Below are positions 9,683 through 21,300 of a DNA stretch of 53,101 bases, one piece after another; positions within the stretch are counted from its first letter, which is position 1; the number at the start of each line of letters is the position of its first letter. The notes under the pieces are model-generated. The model did not search any database, had not been told where the DNA came from, and worked only from the letters and a program-made list of their open reading frames with translations. The position numbers were made by a program, and so were the translations under genes. The DNA is from a virus (Duplodnaviria > Caudoviricetes), in the IMG/VR virus record IMGVR_UViG_3300042516_003674, positions 1 through 53,101 of that record. One strand, 5' to 3'.

Positions 9683-11800
9683 ATGCAAGAAGAATCTCTA
9701 ATAAAAAGTAATTTTGTTGGAAGAGATGGATTTAGATGGTGGATTGGACAAATACCACCAGAAAAATCTCATGGTGCTCAAATTGATGGTGGTGGTTGGG
9801 GAAATAGGTATAAGGTTCGTATAATGGGATATCATCCCCCAAGTCTTACAGATTTGCCAGATAAAGACTTGCCTTGGGCTCAAGTTCTCCTATCAACAAC
9901 TTCAGGAACTGGGGCAGGTAACTATGCTACTGATACAAAACTTTCTCCGGGAGATAGTGTATTTGGATTTTTTCTTGATGGTGATAATGCCCAAATACCA
10001 GTAATTATTGGTGCATTTGGAAGAACATCAAAAGTTTCTGTAAAAGATTATAAAAATCCATTTGTTCCATATACTGGATATACAAGTAAAGTTAAAAATG
10101 ATGGTAAAAATGTAGTAAAAGATCAAACGAATGAGCAAAATGCTAATTCCCAGAAATCTCCTAGACACGTTCCTAAACAATCTGCAAAAAAACTTGGGAA
10201 GGATGAGAGATCATATTTTACGGGAATTGGCGATGTCTTAATAGGTCCTACTGAAAATACTTCTAAAACAATTGATAAAATTGGCGCAGAGGTTACTAAT
10301 TTTTTAAATGCTGTTCAGAATGGATTATCAAAAGTTTCAACGTTAGTTAATATTGTAACTGATAAAATTCAATCAATTACAACTGGTCTTGTTGGAAGCA
10401 TGATATCTAGTGTTTATAATGCTTTAGCTCCATTGATTAATTCTGGATTAAAGGCATTATATCGTTTAGTTTATAATTTAGTTTTTGCGGCAACAAGATC
10501 TGATCCTATAGCACACTTGGCAGGAGTGGCGGCTCAAACTGCTATGGTTGGACCAATTAATAATATTCAACAACTTCTGCCATCATTGGCAAATAAAATA
10601 ATTGGTTCTTTAGGATCTGTTATTTCCAGCTTATTAAAATCTACTGCAAAAAACTCCAAAAAATTTAAAAGTTGTGCAAAAAATCAATTTAGTGGTTCTT
10701 TAGTCAATCATATTATTAAAAAAATTCAAACTGGAATGAGTTCAGTAATTGATGGAGCTCAAAAAGTTTTATCCTTAGTTGGTGGATTTGATCCAGCAAC
10801 TTTTCTTCGTAATAGTATTGAATCTATTTCTGGGATCGTTAGTAAAGTTAGTAAAGTCAATGACAGTCCTCTTGCCAGAGATTTTTCAGTAAAATCAAAT
10901 GAGTGGTTAGTCGGTAGAGGATCAAAAGATGCTCCAGGACCAGACTTTAAAGAAATTATGAAAAGTGTAAATGCTGATGATTTAATTGCAGCTTTTGGGG
11001 ATAAAAAACGAGATGCTGAGTCTGCAGCAAAAGAAATAGCATCTGCTTTTGATAATTTCTCAAAAAAATCAAAATCATCATCATCCAAGTGTTATACGGG
11101 AGAACCACTCTCTTGCAATCCACCTAAAGTTAAAATATTTGGTAGTAAAGGTAAAGGTGGAGAAGCAGTTCCAATTATGGGCGCAATAGTTGGAAAAGGA
11201 AAAAATAAAACAGGAAGTGTCATAGGAATTAAAATAACTAAGAAAGGAAAAAAATACGATTTTCCACCATTTATAGAAATATCAGATGATTGTGATCAAG
11301 GATATGGTGCAGTAGCTAGAGCAGTCATAACTGATGATGGAGAACTAGAATCAATTTATATGGTTTCTGAAGGTGAAAATTATCCAGTTGGTGAATTAGA
11401 TCCTTATTATGTTGATGATGTTGATGTTATAGAACCTGGTGAAGATTATACTTCAGAAGATTATGCTGTAGATCAATTTGAAAATAAGTATGAATTGGAA
11501 GTAAATAATGGGGAAATCATTAAAGTTACACCAATAAATATTATAACAGTAGTTGATCCATTAACTAATGTTACTCCACCTACACAACCAATAGGTACGT
11601 TTATACCTCCTTCTGGAATACAAACTTCAAAACAATTCCAAAAACTTATTAGGGTTGATGATATTCCAGAGTTGTCCATAGTTAGTGAAAATGGATTTGG
11701 TGCTATTTTAAGTCCAAGATTAGAAATAGTTCCAAAAGAAGTTGATGAATCTGGTAGACCTACCATATCTGTTGCCACACAAATAGATTGTATTGATTAA
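9683..11800 (+). CDS. gp5: baseplate hub/spike protein with gp5 N-terminal OB fold (no lysozyme domain)
   Basis: FVGRDGFRWWIGQI, RYKVRIMGYH, LPWAQV, VFGFFLDGDNAQIPVIIG. Confidence 0.8.
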   Translation: MQEESLIKSNFVGRDGFRWWIGQIPPEKSHGAQIDGGGWGNRYKVRIMGYHPPSLTDLPDKDLPWAQVLLSTTSGTGAGNYATDTKLSPGDSVFGFFLDGDNAQIPVIIGAFGRTSKVSVKDYKNPFVPYTGYTSKVKNDGKNVVKDQTNEQNANSQKSPRHVPKQSAKKLGKDERSYFTGIGDVLIGPTENTSKTIDKIGAEVTNFLNAVQNGLSKVSTLVNIVTDKIQSITTGLVGSMISSVYNALAPLINSGLKALYRLVYNLVFAATRSDPIAHLAGVAAQTAMVGPINNIQQLLPSLANKIIGSLGSVISSLLKSTAKNSKKFKSCAKNQFSGSLVNHIIKKIQTGMSSVIDGAQKVLSLVGGFDPATFLRNSIESISGIVSKVSKVNDSPLARDFSVKSNEWLVGRGSKDAPGPDFKEIMKSVNADDLIAAFGDKKRDAESAAKEIASAFDNFSKKSKSSSSKCYTGEPLSCNPPKVKIFGSKGKGGEAVPIMGAIVGKGKNKTGSVIGIKITKKGKKYDFPPFIEISDDCDQGYGAVARAVITDDGELESIYMVSEGENYPVGELDPYYVDDVDVIEPGEDYTSEDYAVDQFENKYELEVNNGEIIKVTPINIITVVDPLTNVTPPTQPIGTFIPPSGIQTSKQFQKLIRVDDIPELSIVSENGFGAILSPRLEIVPKEVDESGRPTISVATQIDCID

Positions 11801-11801
11801 T

Positions 11802-12350
11802 ATGGCTCAAAGACCTTTTAAAAAGCAGAAATGGCAAAGGAGAAACATATGTAGTCTTGGGCCAAATTTTAGATATGATATATGTAATCCTCAAATGGGT
11901 CTTGATGGATTTGATGTATATAATTTTTATGGCGTTACTGATAAAAATGAAATTTCTTTAAGTGGTTTAAGTGCGGGTGGTTTATCTAAAATTTATGCTG
12001 ATGGATCTCTTGAAATTATTGCTGGGCAAAAGAATAAATCTACTGGTGTTGATATAGTTATTACTGGAAAAAATGGAGATGTTTGGATAACTGCTGAAAG
12101 AAATGGTGAAGTTCGCATAAGGGGAAAAAATATAATATTAGATGCAGATGAAAATTTAGAATTAAGTGCAGGCAAAGATATCAATATAAAAGCAAGTGCT
12201 GGTAGAATTTTACTAAAAGCAACTGAAGCTTCTGTTGATGCCCTTCTTGGAAATCTTCCACCATTACCAATGACTTTTGGTGGAATGTGTTTTGAAGGTA
12301 CCTACGTTGGTACTGATGTTTTAACCAGTACATTTACGGGTATTTTCTAA
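11802..12350 (+). CDS. gp5 C-terminal beta-helix-like spike protein
   Basis: Short beta repeats (GDVWITAERNGEVRIRGKNIILDADENLELSAGKDINIKA) directly after gp5; ATG 11802 preferred as start. Confidence 0.55.
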   Translation: MAQRPFKKQKWQRRNICSLGPNFRYDICNPQMGLDGFDVYNFYGVTDKNEISLSGLSAGGLSKIYADGSLEIIAGQKNKSTGVDIVITGKNGDVWITAERNGEVRIRGKNIILDADENLELSAGKDINIKASAGRILLKATEASVDALLGNLPPLPMTFGGMCFEGTYVGTDVLTSTFTGIF

Positions 12351-12351
12351 G

Positions 12352-15300
12352 ATGTCGGGGAATACTAATTATCTAAGTCTACAACAACTTTTTAACGATC
12401 GAGCCACATTCTATGCTGGCATGATTGTTTATGGTGATATTGAATTAGAAAAAGCAATAGATCAATTAGTTGATACTTCTCAGAATTGGGAATTTGAAAA
12501 TCCGGTTTTAAAACTTGGATATATTGGAGTAGAATCCGATACTCGCAAATTTAAATTTGGTGATGGAGAAACTCCTTGGAATAATTTACCATACTCTGGT
12601 CTTCCCGATAATCAAGGAACTCAAGGTACTCAAGGATTTCAGGGAGTACAGGGTCAAGGTGAGCAGGGAACGCAAGGTGATCAAGGTATTCAGGGACCAT
12701 TAAGTAATTTTCAAGGCACTCAAGGTACACTAGGTCTTCAAGGTGATCAAGGTGTTCAAGGTACTCAAGGAACTCAAGGAAATTTAAGTAATTTTCAAGG
12801 AACTCAAGGTCTTCAAGGAGATCAAGGTACACAAGGAACTCAAGGAGATCAAGGTATTCAGGGTCTTCAGGGTCTTCAGGGTGCTGGAGATCAAGGAACT
12901 CAGGGTACTCAAGGTGATCAAGGTGTTCAAGGTTTAAGTAACCAAGGTACTCAAGGTGATCAGGGAACTCAAGGTACTCAGGGAGATCAAGGAACACAAG
13001 GTTTAAGTAATCAGGGTACTCAGGGTAGTCAAGGTGATCAAGGTGTTCAAGGTACTCAAGGAGATCAAGGAACTCAAGGTCTTCAAGGAGATCAAGGAAC
13101 TCAAGGAGATCAAGGAACTCAAGGTACTCAGGGAGATCAAGGAACACAAGGTTTAAGTAATCAAGGAACTCAAGGAACTCAAGGAGATCAGGGTGTCCAA
13201 GGAGATCAAGGTATTCAAGGAGATCAAGGAGTACAAGGTCTTCAAGGAGATCAAGGTATTCAAGGAGATCAAGGTACTCAGGGAACTCAAGGAGATCAGG
13301 GAGTTCAAGGTGATCAAGGTACTCAAGGCATTCAAGGTGAGCAAGGTGCTCAAGGTGTTCAGGGAGATCAAGGTATTCAAGGTCTCCAAGGAGATCAGGG
13401 TATCCAAGGAGATCAAGGTACTCAGGGAACTCAAGGGGAGCAAGGAGTACAAGGTCTTCAAGGAGATCAAGGTATTCAGGGTGATCAAGGTACTCAGGGT
13501 GATCAAGGTACTCAAGGACTAAGTAATCAGGGTACTCAGGGTAGTCAAGGTGATCAAGGTGTTCAAGGTACTCAGGGAGATCAGGGAGTACAAGGTACTC
13601 AAGGAGATCAAGGAACTCAAGGAGATCAAGGAACACAAGGTGATCAAGGTGTTCAAGGTCTTCAGGGTGATCAAGGAACTCAAGGAATTCAAGGTGATCA
13701 AGGAACACAAGGTGATCAAGGCGTACAAGGTCTCCAAGGTGATCAAGGAACTCAAGGAATTCAAGGTGATCAAGGAACACAAGGTGATCAAGGTGTTCAA
13801 GGTCTTCAGGGTGTTCAAGGTCTTCAGGGTGATCAAGGGACACAGGGAGATCAAGGAACACAAGGAACTCAAGGTTTAAGTAATCAAGGAACTCAAGGTA
13901 CTCAGGGAGATCAAGGAACTCAAGGTACTCAAGGAGATCAAGGTACTCAAGGTACTCAAGGAGATCAAGGAACTCAGGGTCTTCAAGGTGATCAGGGTAC
14001 TCAAGGTGATCAAGGAACTCAAGGTACTCAAGGGGATCAAGGTGTACAGGGTGTACAAGGAACTCAAGGTGATCAGGGTACTCAGGGAGATCAAGGTGTA
14101 CAAGGTCTGCAGGGTGATCAAGGTACTCAAGGAGATCAAGGTACTCAAGGAACTCAAGGTGATCAAGGTACTCAAGGTTTAAGCAATCAAGGAACTCAAG
14201 GTACTCAAGGAGATCAAGGTACTCAAGGAACTCAGGGAGATCAAGGAACACAAGGTACACAAGGTCTACAAGGTGATCAGGGTACTCAGGGAGATCAAGG
14301 AGTACAAGGTCTTCAAGGAGATCAAGGAGTACAAGGTCTGCAGGGTGATCAAGGTACTCAAGGTACCCAAGGACTTCAGGGAGATCAGGGAGTACAGGGT
14401 CTTCAAGGTGATCAGGGCACTCAAGGTGATCAGGGAGTTCAAGGTCTTCAGGGTACTCAGGGATTAAGTAATCAGGGTACCCAAGGTACCCAAGGAACTC
14501 AGGGAGATCAGGGAACTCAAGGAACTCAAGGTGAGCAAGGAGTTCAAGGTCTTCAAGGTGATCAAGGAGTTCAAGGTACTCAGGGGACTCAAGGAACTCA
14601 GGGCGATCAAGGTGTTCAAGGTCTCCAAGGAGATCAAGGGACTCAGGGGGATCAAGGAACTCAAGGTACCCAAGGAACTCAGGGTGTACAAGGTCTTCAG
14701 GGTGATCAAGGAGTTCAAGGTGATCAAGGAACTCAAGGAACTCAGGGTGTTCAAGGTCGTCAAGGTACTCAAGGTGATCAAGGTACTCAAGGTGATCAAG
14801 GAACTCAAGGTGATCAAGGAACTCAAGGTCTTCAAGGAACACAGGGAACTCAAGGAATTCAAGGAGATCAGGGGACTCAAGGAGCACAAGGTGATCAAGG
14901 TGTTCAGGGTCTTCAAGGCACTCAAGGAACTCAAGGTAGACAAGGAAATCAGGGCACTCAAGGAACACAAGGTGATCAAGGCGTCCAAGGTCTTCAGGGT
15001 GATCAAGGAACACAGGGTGATCAAGGAACTCAAGGAACTCAAGGTGATCAAGGTGTTCAGGGTCGTCAGGGAACTCAAGGATCTCAAGGTCTTCAAGGAT
15101 CTCAAGGAACTCAAGGTACTCAAGGAACTCAAGGTTTACAGGGATTACAAGGTATTCAAGGAAAACAAGGAGTTCAAGGTCTTCAAGGTACCCAAGGTAG
15201 TCAAGGTACTCAAGGATTCCAAGGATCTCAAGGGAGACAAGGAGTTCAAGGTCTTCAAGGAACTCAAGGTACTCAAAGCACTCAAGGTGCTCAAGGCGTG

Positions 15301-18300
15301 CAAGGAGATCAAGGCACTCAAGGAACTCAAGGGGATCAGGGTGTTCAGGGTCGTCAAGGGGTTCAAGGTAGACAAGGTGTTCAAGGACTTCAGGGTATTC
15401 AGGGTCTTCAAGGACTTCAGGGGAGACAGGGAACTCAAGGTGATCAAGGTGTTCAAGGTCTGCAGGGTGATCAAGGTGTTCAGGGAAGACAAGGAACTCA
15501 AGGACTTCAAGGTAATCAAGGACTTCAAGGAACTCAAGGAACTCAAGGAAGGCAAGGAACTCAAGGAGCACAATCTTCTCAAGGTGTTCAGGGTGATCAA
15601 GGGACACAGGGTGATCAAGGAACCCAAGGTGATCAAGGAACCCAAGGTCTTCAAGGTGATCAAGGAGTTCAAGGTACTCAGGGAACTCAAGGTTTACAGG
15701 GAGATCAAGGCACTCAAGGTCTTCAAGGAACTCAAGGAACACAGGGGGATCAAGGAACTCAAGGTCTTCAAGGTGATCAAGGGACACAGGGTGATCAAGG
15801 CACTCAAGGCACTCAAGGAGATCAGGGTGTACAAGGTCGCCAAGGAGTTCAGGGTAGACAAGGAACTCAAGGTACTCAAGGTACTCAAGGAACTCAAGGC
15901 AATCAGGGTCTTCAAGGTACTCAAGGCACTCAGGGAAGACAAGGAACGCAGGGATCGCAAGGATTCCAAGGAGTTCAGGGTAGACAAGGTACGCAAGGCA
16001 CTCAGGGTGTTCAGGGAAGACAAGGAACTCAAGGTACCCAAGGTGTTCAAGGACTTCAAGGTACTCAAGGACTTCAAGGTACTCAAGGACTTCAAGGTAA
16101 TCAGGGATTACAGGCAACACAAGGTACTCAAGGATCGCAAGGAGTTCAAGGAAGACAAGGAGTTCAAGGACTTCAAGGTGTTCAGGGTCTCCAAGGTGTT
16201 CAAGGAGATCAAGGTGTTCAAGGATTACAAGGTCTACAAGGATCTTCTTCTTTTGACATAGTAGATGATAATACTACAAATCAGCAGAGATATGTATTAT
16301 TCACCGAAGATCCAAATACAGTTGCGATTACTACAGAATTTACTTCTACAGAAAAACTAACTTATGTTCCTGCAACTGGATCTTTAGGAATTAATACTGA
16401 TATAGTAACTGATAATTTGACAGTAAAAGGATCAACTAGATCTACTGAATTTTATGGAGATGGAGTAAATCTTGTTGGTATTGTCACACAACTAGTTCCT
16501 GGAATTGGTATTGATCTAACAGCAACACAACCTACAGGAAAAGGCGTTGTAAAAATTGACGCATATCGTCCAATTGGAAAAACAATCTATGTTTCACAAA
16601 CTGGTGATGATAATAATACTGGATTGGCAGAAAATTATCCGAAGAGAACTATAAAAGCCGCAGCATCTGTCGCTCTATTTGGAGATACTATAAAAGTATT
16701 TCCTGGTGCATATATTGAAGAAAATCCAATTGTTCTTGCCAGAACAGTATCTTTAGAGGGCACAGAACTTAGAAATTGCGTTGTAACTCCAAAATATCCA
16801 GAAAAAGATCTATTCCATGTCAACAATGGATGTCATATTACTGATGCAAGTTTTATAGGACAAAATTCTACAAATGGTGCTGCTATAGTTGCTTTACAAC
16901 CATTAACTGGAGTAGCAACTGATAGATTCTTTGATGCTGCAAGAATGATTCGTTTCAATTTGGATTATATTGCCAAAGAATCTGTAGGATTCCTTACAAG
17001 CGGATTCAGTGGATTTGCAGGAAATCATAGAGAACAAGATGCTGCAAAACTAATTGACGCTAATTTAGAATATATTGCGGGCGAAGCAGTTGGATTCTTA
17101 ACGTCTCCATCGGGTTATAACTTTAGTCTTGGAATTAGTAGTTATACAAACTGCAGAGAAGATATTGTTAGTATTATGAGTGCAGTTTCATATGATTTAA
17201 AGGCAGGTAGTAATCGCAAGTCTATCGGTGCAGGATATTCGTACTTTAGTAGTTCTAATAGTTTAATTCACATTACAGGAGCTGGAGTTTCTGAGGCAAC
17301 TGTTGCTGCTCTGGATTATGCGGCAGGTATTGCGACATATGTGATTAACAATTTAACTCCACCAATATCATATCAAGGAATTGGAAACAGTGTATCTCAA
17401 GTTAAAAATCTTTCGGTTATACCAGTCGAAGGTGGTTGTATTGGTGTCGGAACAACAGTTAAACAACTAGTTGGAATTGTCACGAATATGATTGGAGCGG
17501 GGACAACTTTAAATGCTCCATTAGTTAGATATGGTGTTACTTTAGAAAGTGGTGATTGTGCAGATGATGTTAAAGATATTTGGAAATGTATTATTCATGA
17601 TATAACCAGAGGGGGTAATTCACGATCAGTTGATGCTGGAAAAGCATACTATGATGATAATTGGAATTTAAAATCAGGAATTCTGAAAAATCCACAAGAA
17701 GTACAGCAAACAATATCAACAATTGATTATTCTTTCAATATTGCTAGAGCAGTTATTAATAATTGCCTTTGGGGAGGTTATCCAGTCGGTTTAGGTACAA
17801 CCGTTATCAATGCTGTTTATGATTTTGAGACGGGAATAACTACAGTTACTGCAACTAATCACGGATTGACTAAAAATGATCCAGTTAAAGTTCAAGGTCT
17901 TACATATGCATGTACACCAGGATCTGCAGGGTATCCTGTTGGAGTTGTAACTGCTTCTTATGATAGAATCACTGGAATTTCCACAATCCAAACAACATCT
18001 TCTTTACCAATATTATCTGGAGATAGAGTTAGAATAGAAAATTTAGTCTTTGAATGTAATAGTGGAGGTGGACCATCTACGGCAAATTATCCATCAGGAA
18101 ATCTTGGATATGATTTTACTGTCCAAGATGTTTTAGATTCAACTACTTTTGTCGTAAATGTCGGAAAATCAACTTTAGATCATAGTTATAAGTATGGTGG
18201 AGAAATATCAAAACTATATACCCCAGTATTTGGAATTTCTACTGCATCTTACGATAATACTACTGGAATTGCAACAATTACTGCAGTTGGATTAGGAACT

Positions 18301-21300
18301 ACTGTTGGACCATCTTTCTATATTGAACCAGGTAAAAAAGTAAAATTAGATAATTTAGTTTGGGTATGTAATAGTGGAGGTGGACCATCTACAGCATATT
18401 ATCCATCAGGAAATCTTGGATATGATTTTGTAGTAATAGCAACAACTGAAAACAGATATATTGATGCTTCTAATTTAATTCAGAAAAATAGAATTGAAAT
18501 TATCGATAAATCACTTGCATCTATTGCAATAGCTCACTCCGATTTCTACTTCCCCAATGATGCACAGACTACAAGATTCTCTAGATTTAAGGATGCATAT
18601 CGCTTAATTCAGAAAAACAAAACTGAAATTATTGATACTGCTTGGAATGCTACATCCGCTGCATATCCAGCAATTTCTGCAACTCAAACAAAGTGCAAGA
18701 GAGATTTGGGATATTTTATTGATGCTGTTTCTACAGATATATTTACTGGAGGAAATTCTTACTCCATTGCATTTGTACAACAATACTTTAATAATGGAGC
18801 ACCAATTTCTAATGGATTAGTTGGCGAAGAAACAGAATCAGTTTATGCTTTTAATCAAGCAAGAAACTTGATGAAGCAGGCAATTACAAATCAACTAACT
18901 GTAAAAGATCTCACAGTAACTGTAGATCCTATTACGGGATCTAACACAAATATAAATTCTTGCGCTAATGTACAAAATGCATTAGATACTTTAACATCAA
19001 TTATTACAACAGTTATTACTAATGGATCGTTATCTTCAATTAATTCAATTAGAATTAATTCTGGAATATTTGTTTCAGGTGAGAACAAGTGCCGTAGGGA
19101 TATTGGATACATCGTCGATGCTTTAATTAAAGATGTCAGATACGGAACTAACAAATATATTCGTGAAGCAATTAGAGCATATTTTAATAAAGATGGATCT
19201 CCTATTTCCAATGGTTTAATAGGAGAAGAATCTGAAAGTGTAACAGCATTCAATTCAATTCGCGATTATGCTAAGAAAGCAATAACAAATCAATTAAATG
19301 TAAAGGATTTATCAATTAGTGTCGATCCTATTACTGGATTTAATACTGATCCAAGTTCTTGCGCCGATGTTCAAACAAATATTGATAATCTAATCTCTAT
19401 TTTAACAACCACAATAACTAATGGAAACCTAAGTGCATATCCAGATCTTTATGTATCCAATAAGGTTAAAATTAACGTTGGAGTATCCACTTTAAGTCAT
19501 GAGTATGTAACTGGAGGAACATTAACTTCTAATTATACTACTAATATTTTCCCAGATGGAACTTATAATTATATCTTCCCAGTTAAATCTGTCGTAGGAC
19601 CTAATACATTCGAGTTTGTTGGTGGTAAGACAGTTCTTCCACATACTTACGTTTCTGGAGGCACGGTTCAAAAATATACAAACTTCCAAAGTGGAATCAC
19701 TCAACTTAGAGATCTTTCAATACAACCAGATCCGAAGACTGGTTATAACGATGTAATTAGTTCTTGTACTGATGTTACTTCAGCTCTCAGATCTTGTGTT
19801 GGTGTTGTTACTTCAATAGTTGGACTTGGATCTACTGCATTTTCTGTGGTTGGGTTTAATACTTCTTATCCCGGTAATAGGGGAAGAGGATTTGAAAGTA
19901 TTGTTGGGGTAACAAGTGCAGTTTATGAAGAGACTTCTGGAAAAACGACGTTAAAGGCGCCAGGATTACCAATTAAGGTTGGAGATTTAATTGAGATTAG
20001 AGATCTAGTTTTCTCCTGCTCTTCAGGTGGACCAGCGTCTCAGCAAAAATTCCCATCAGGTTATTATGGATATGAATTCTATATTACTAAAATAAATTCT
20101 GACGAGTCTTTTGACATTTATACTGGAATATCTACTATTCCTCATACATATGTTTCTGGTGGATACATTATTAATAGATCTTTACCTATTACAGAATCAA
20201 AATATGATAATGTTACTGGCATAACAACAATACTTGCTCCCGGAATTTCGTTAAGAAAGGGTGATTTTGTATCATTACGTGATATGGAATTTACTTGCAC
20301 TAGTGGAGCTGGAACAACAAATATATTCCCATCAGGAAATAGGGGATATAGTTTTGAAGTTCTTTCTACCGAAAACGATAAATTTACGGTCAATGTTGGA
20401 AAATCGACAATTCCCCACACTTATGTAACTGGTGGTGTTGTAATCCCACCATATTCTAAAGGTGTTGGACCAATCACCCAAGGACCTTACATTAGAAATT
20501 GTACCAATTTTATTGGTGACAGTATCGGAATGAAAGTTGATGGATTTGCCGCAGAACCTGGCGATAAAGATGATATTGGTGTTACAGGAACAATGTCAGT
20601 TGACTCTTATACTCAATATAATCAGGGTGGCATTGGAGTTTCTGTTACTAACGGTGCATATTCTCAGTTAGTTTCTATCTTTACAATTTGCGATGATATT
20701 GGAATCTTTACAAAATCTGGTGGTCAATGTGATATCACAAACTCAAACGCATCATTCGGAAATTATGGATTAGTTTCTGATGGTGTTGGTGATAATAATT
20801 CTGGGTCAATCTATAGATATACTGCAGAAGTTGTAGATCCTGTTGAGTCTGAAACTTCTATAGTAACTGTTTCCGGAGTTGGTAATAATCGCCCATATGA
20901 TGGACAAGCAATTTATTTTGGAGAACTGTATTATTTCGTCAATACGATTAAAGTAATTGATGGTGGAAGTGGATACTCTGAGACTAATCCTCCAAATGTT
21001 ACTTTTGATTTTCCGGGAGGACCAAATGGAATTAGGGCAGAAGGTGCCGCAAATGTTGTAGATGGTAAAGTTGTTTCTATAGACATTATTAGCAGTGGTA
21101 CACAATATCAAGTTCCACCAAATATACAAATTGTCGGAGGTGGCGGATCTGGAGCAGTTGCTGTTCCAGTGATGTATCCAATATATTATGGAATTGAATC
21201 TGCATCACTACCAGTAAATGGTGTTTCAACAATTGTTTTAACGCAAAATGTAAACAATGACATTGGTGTTGGAACAACAGTTTATTTCTCCAGAATTAGT

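Noticed and set aside
12480-12600. Mtd N-terminal-like motif suggesting a diversity-generating retroelement
   Set aside because: No reverse transcriptase and no adenine-mismatched TR/VR pair seen; this N-terminal module is common in fibres
12551-16261. Long antisense and alternative-frame ORFs (1189 aa LE/LD-rich, 576 aa KE/KV-rich and others)
   Set aside because: Automatic result of the 9-bp CAAGGNNNN repeat lacking stops in other frames; they start and end with the repeat
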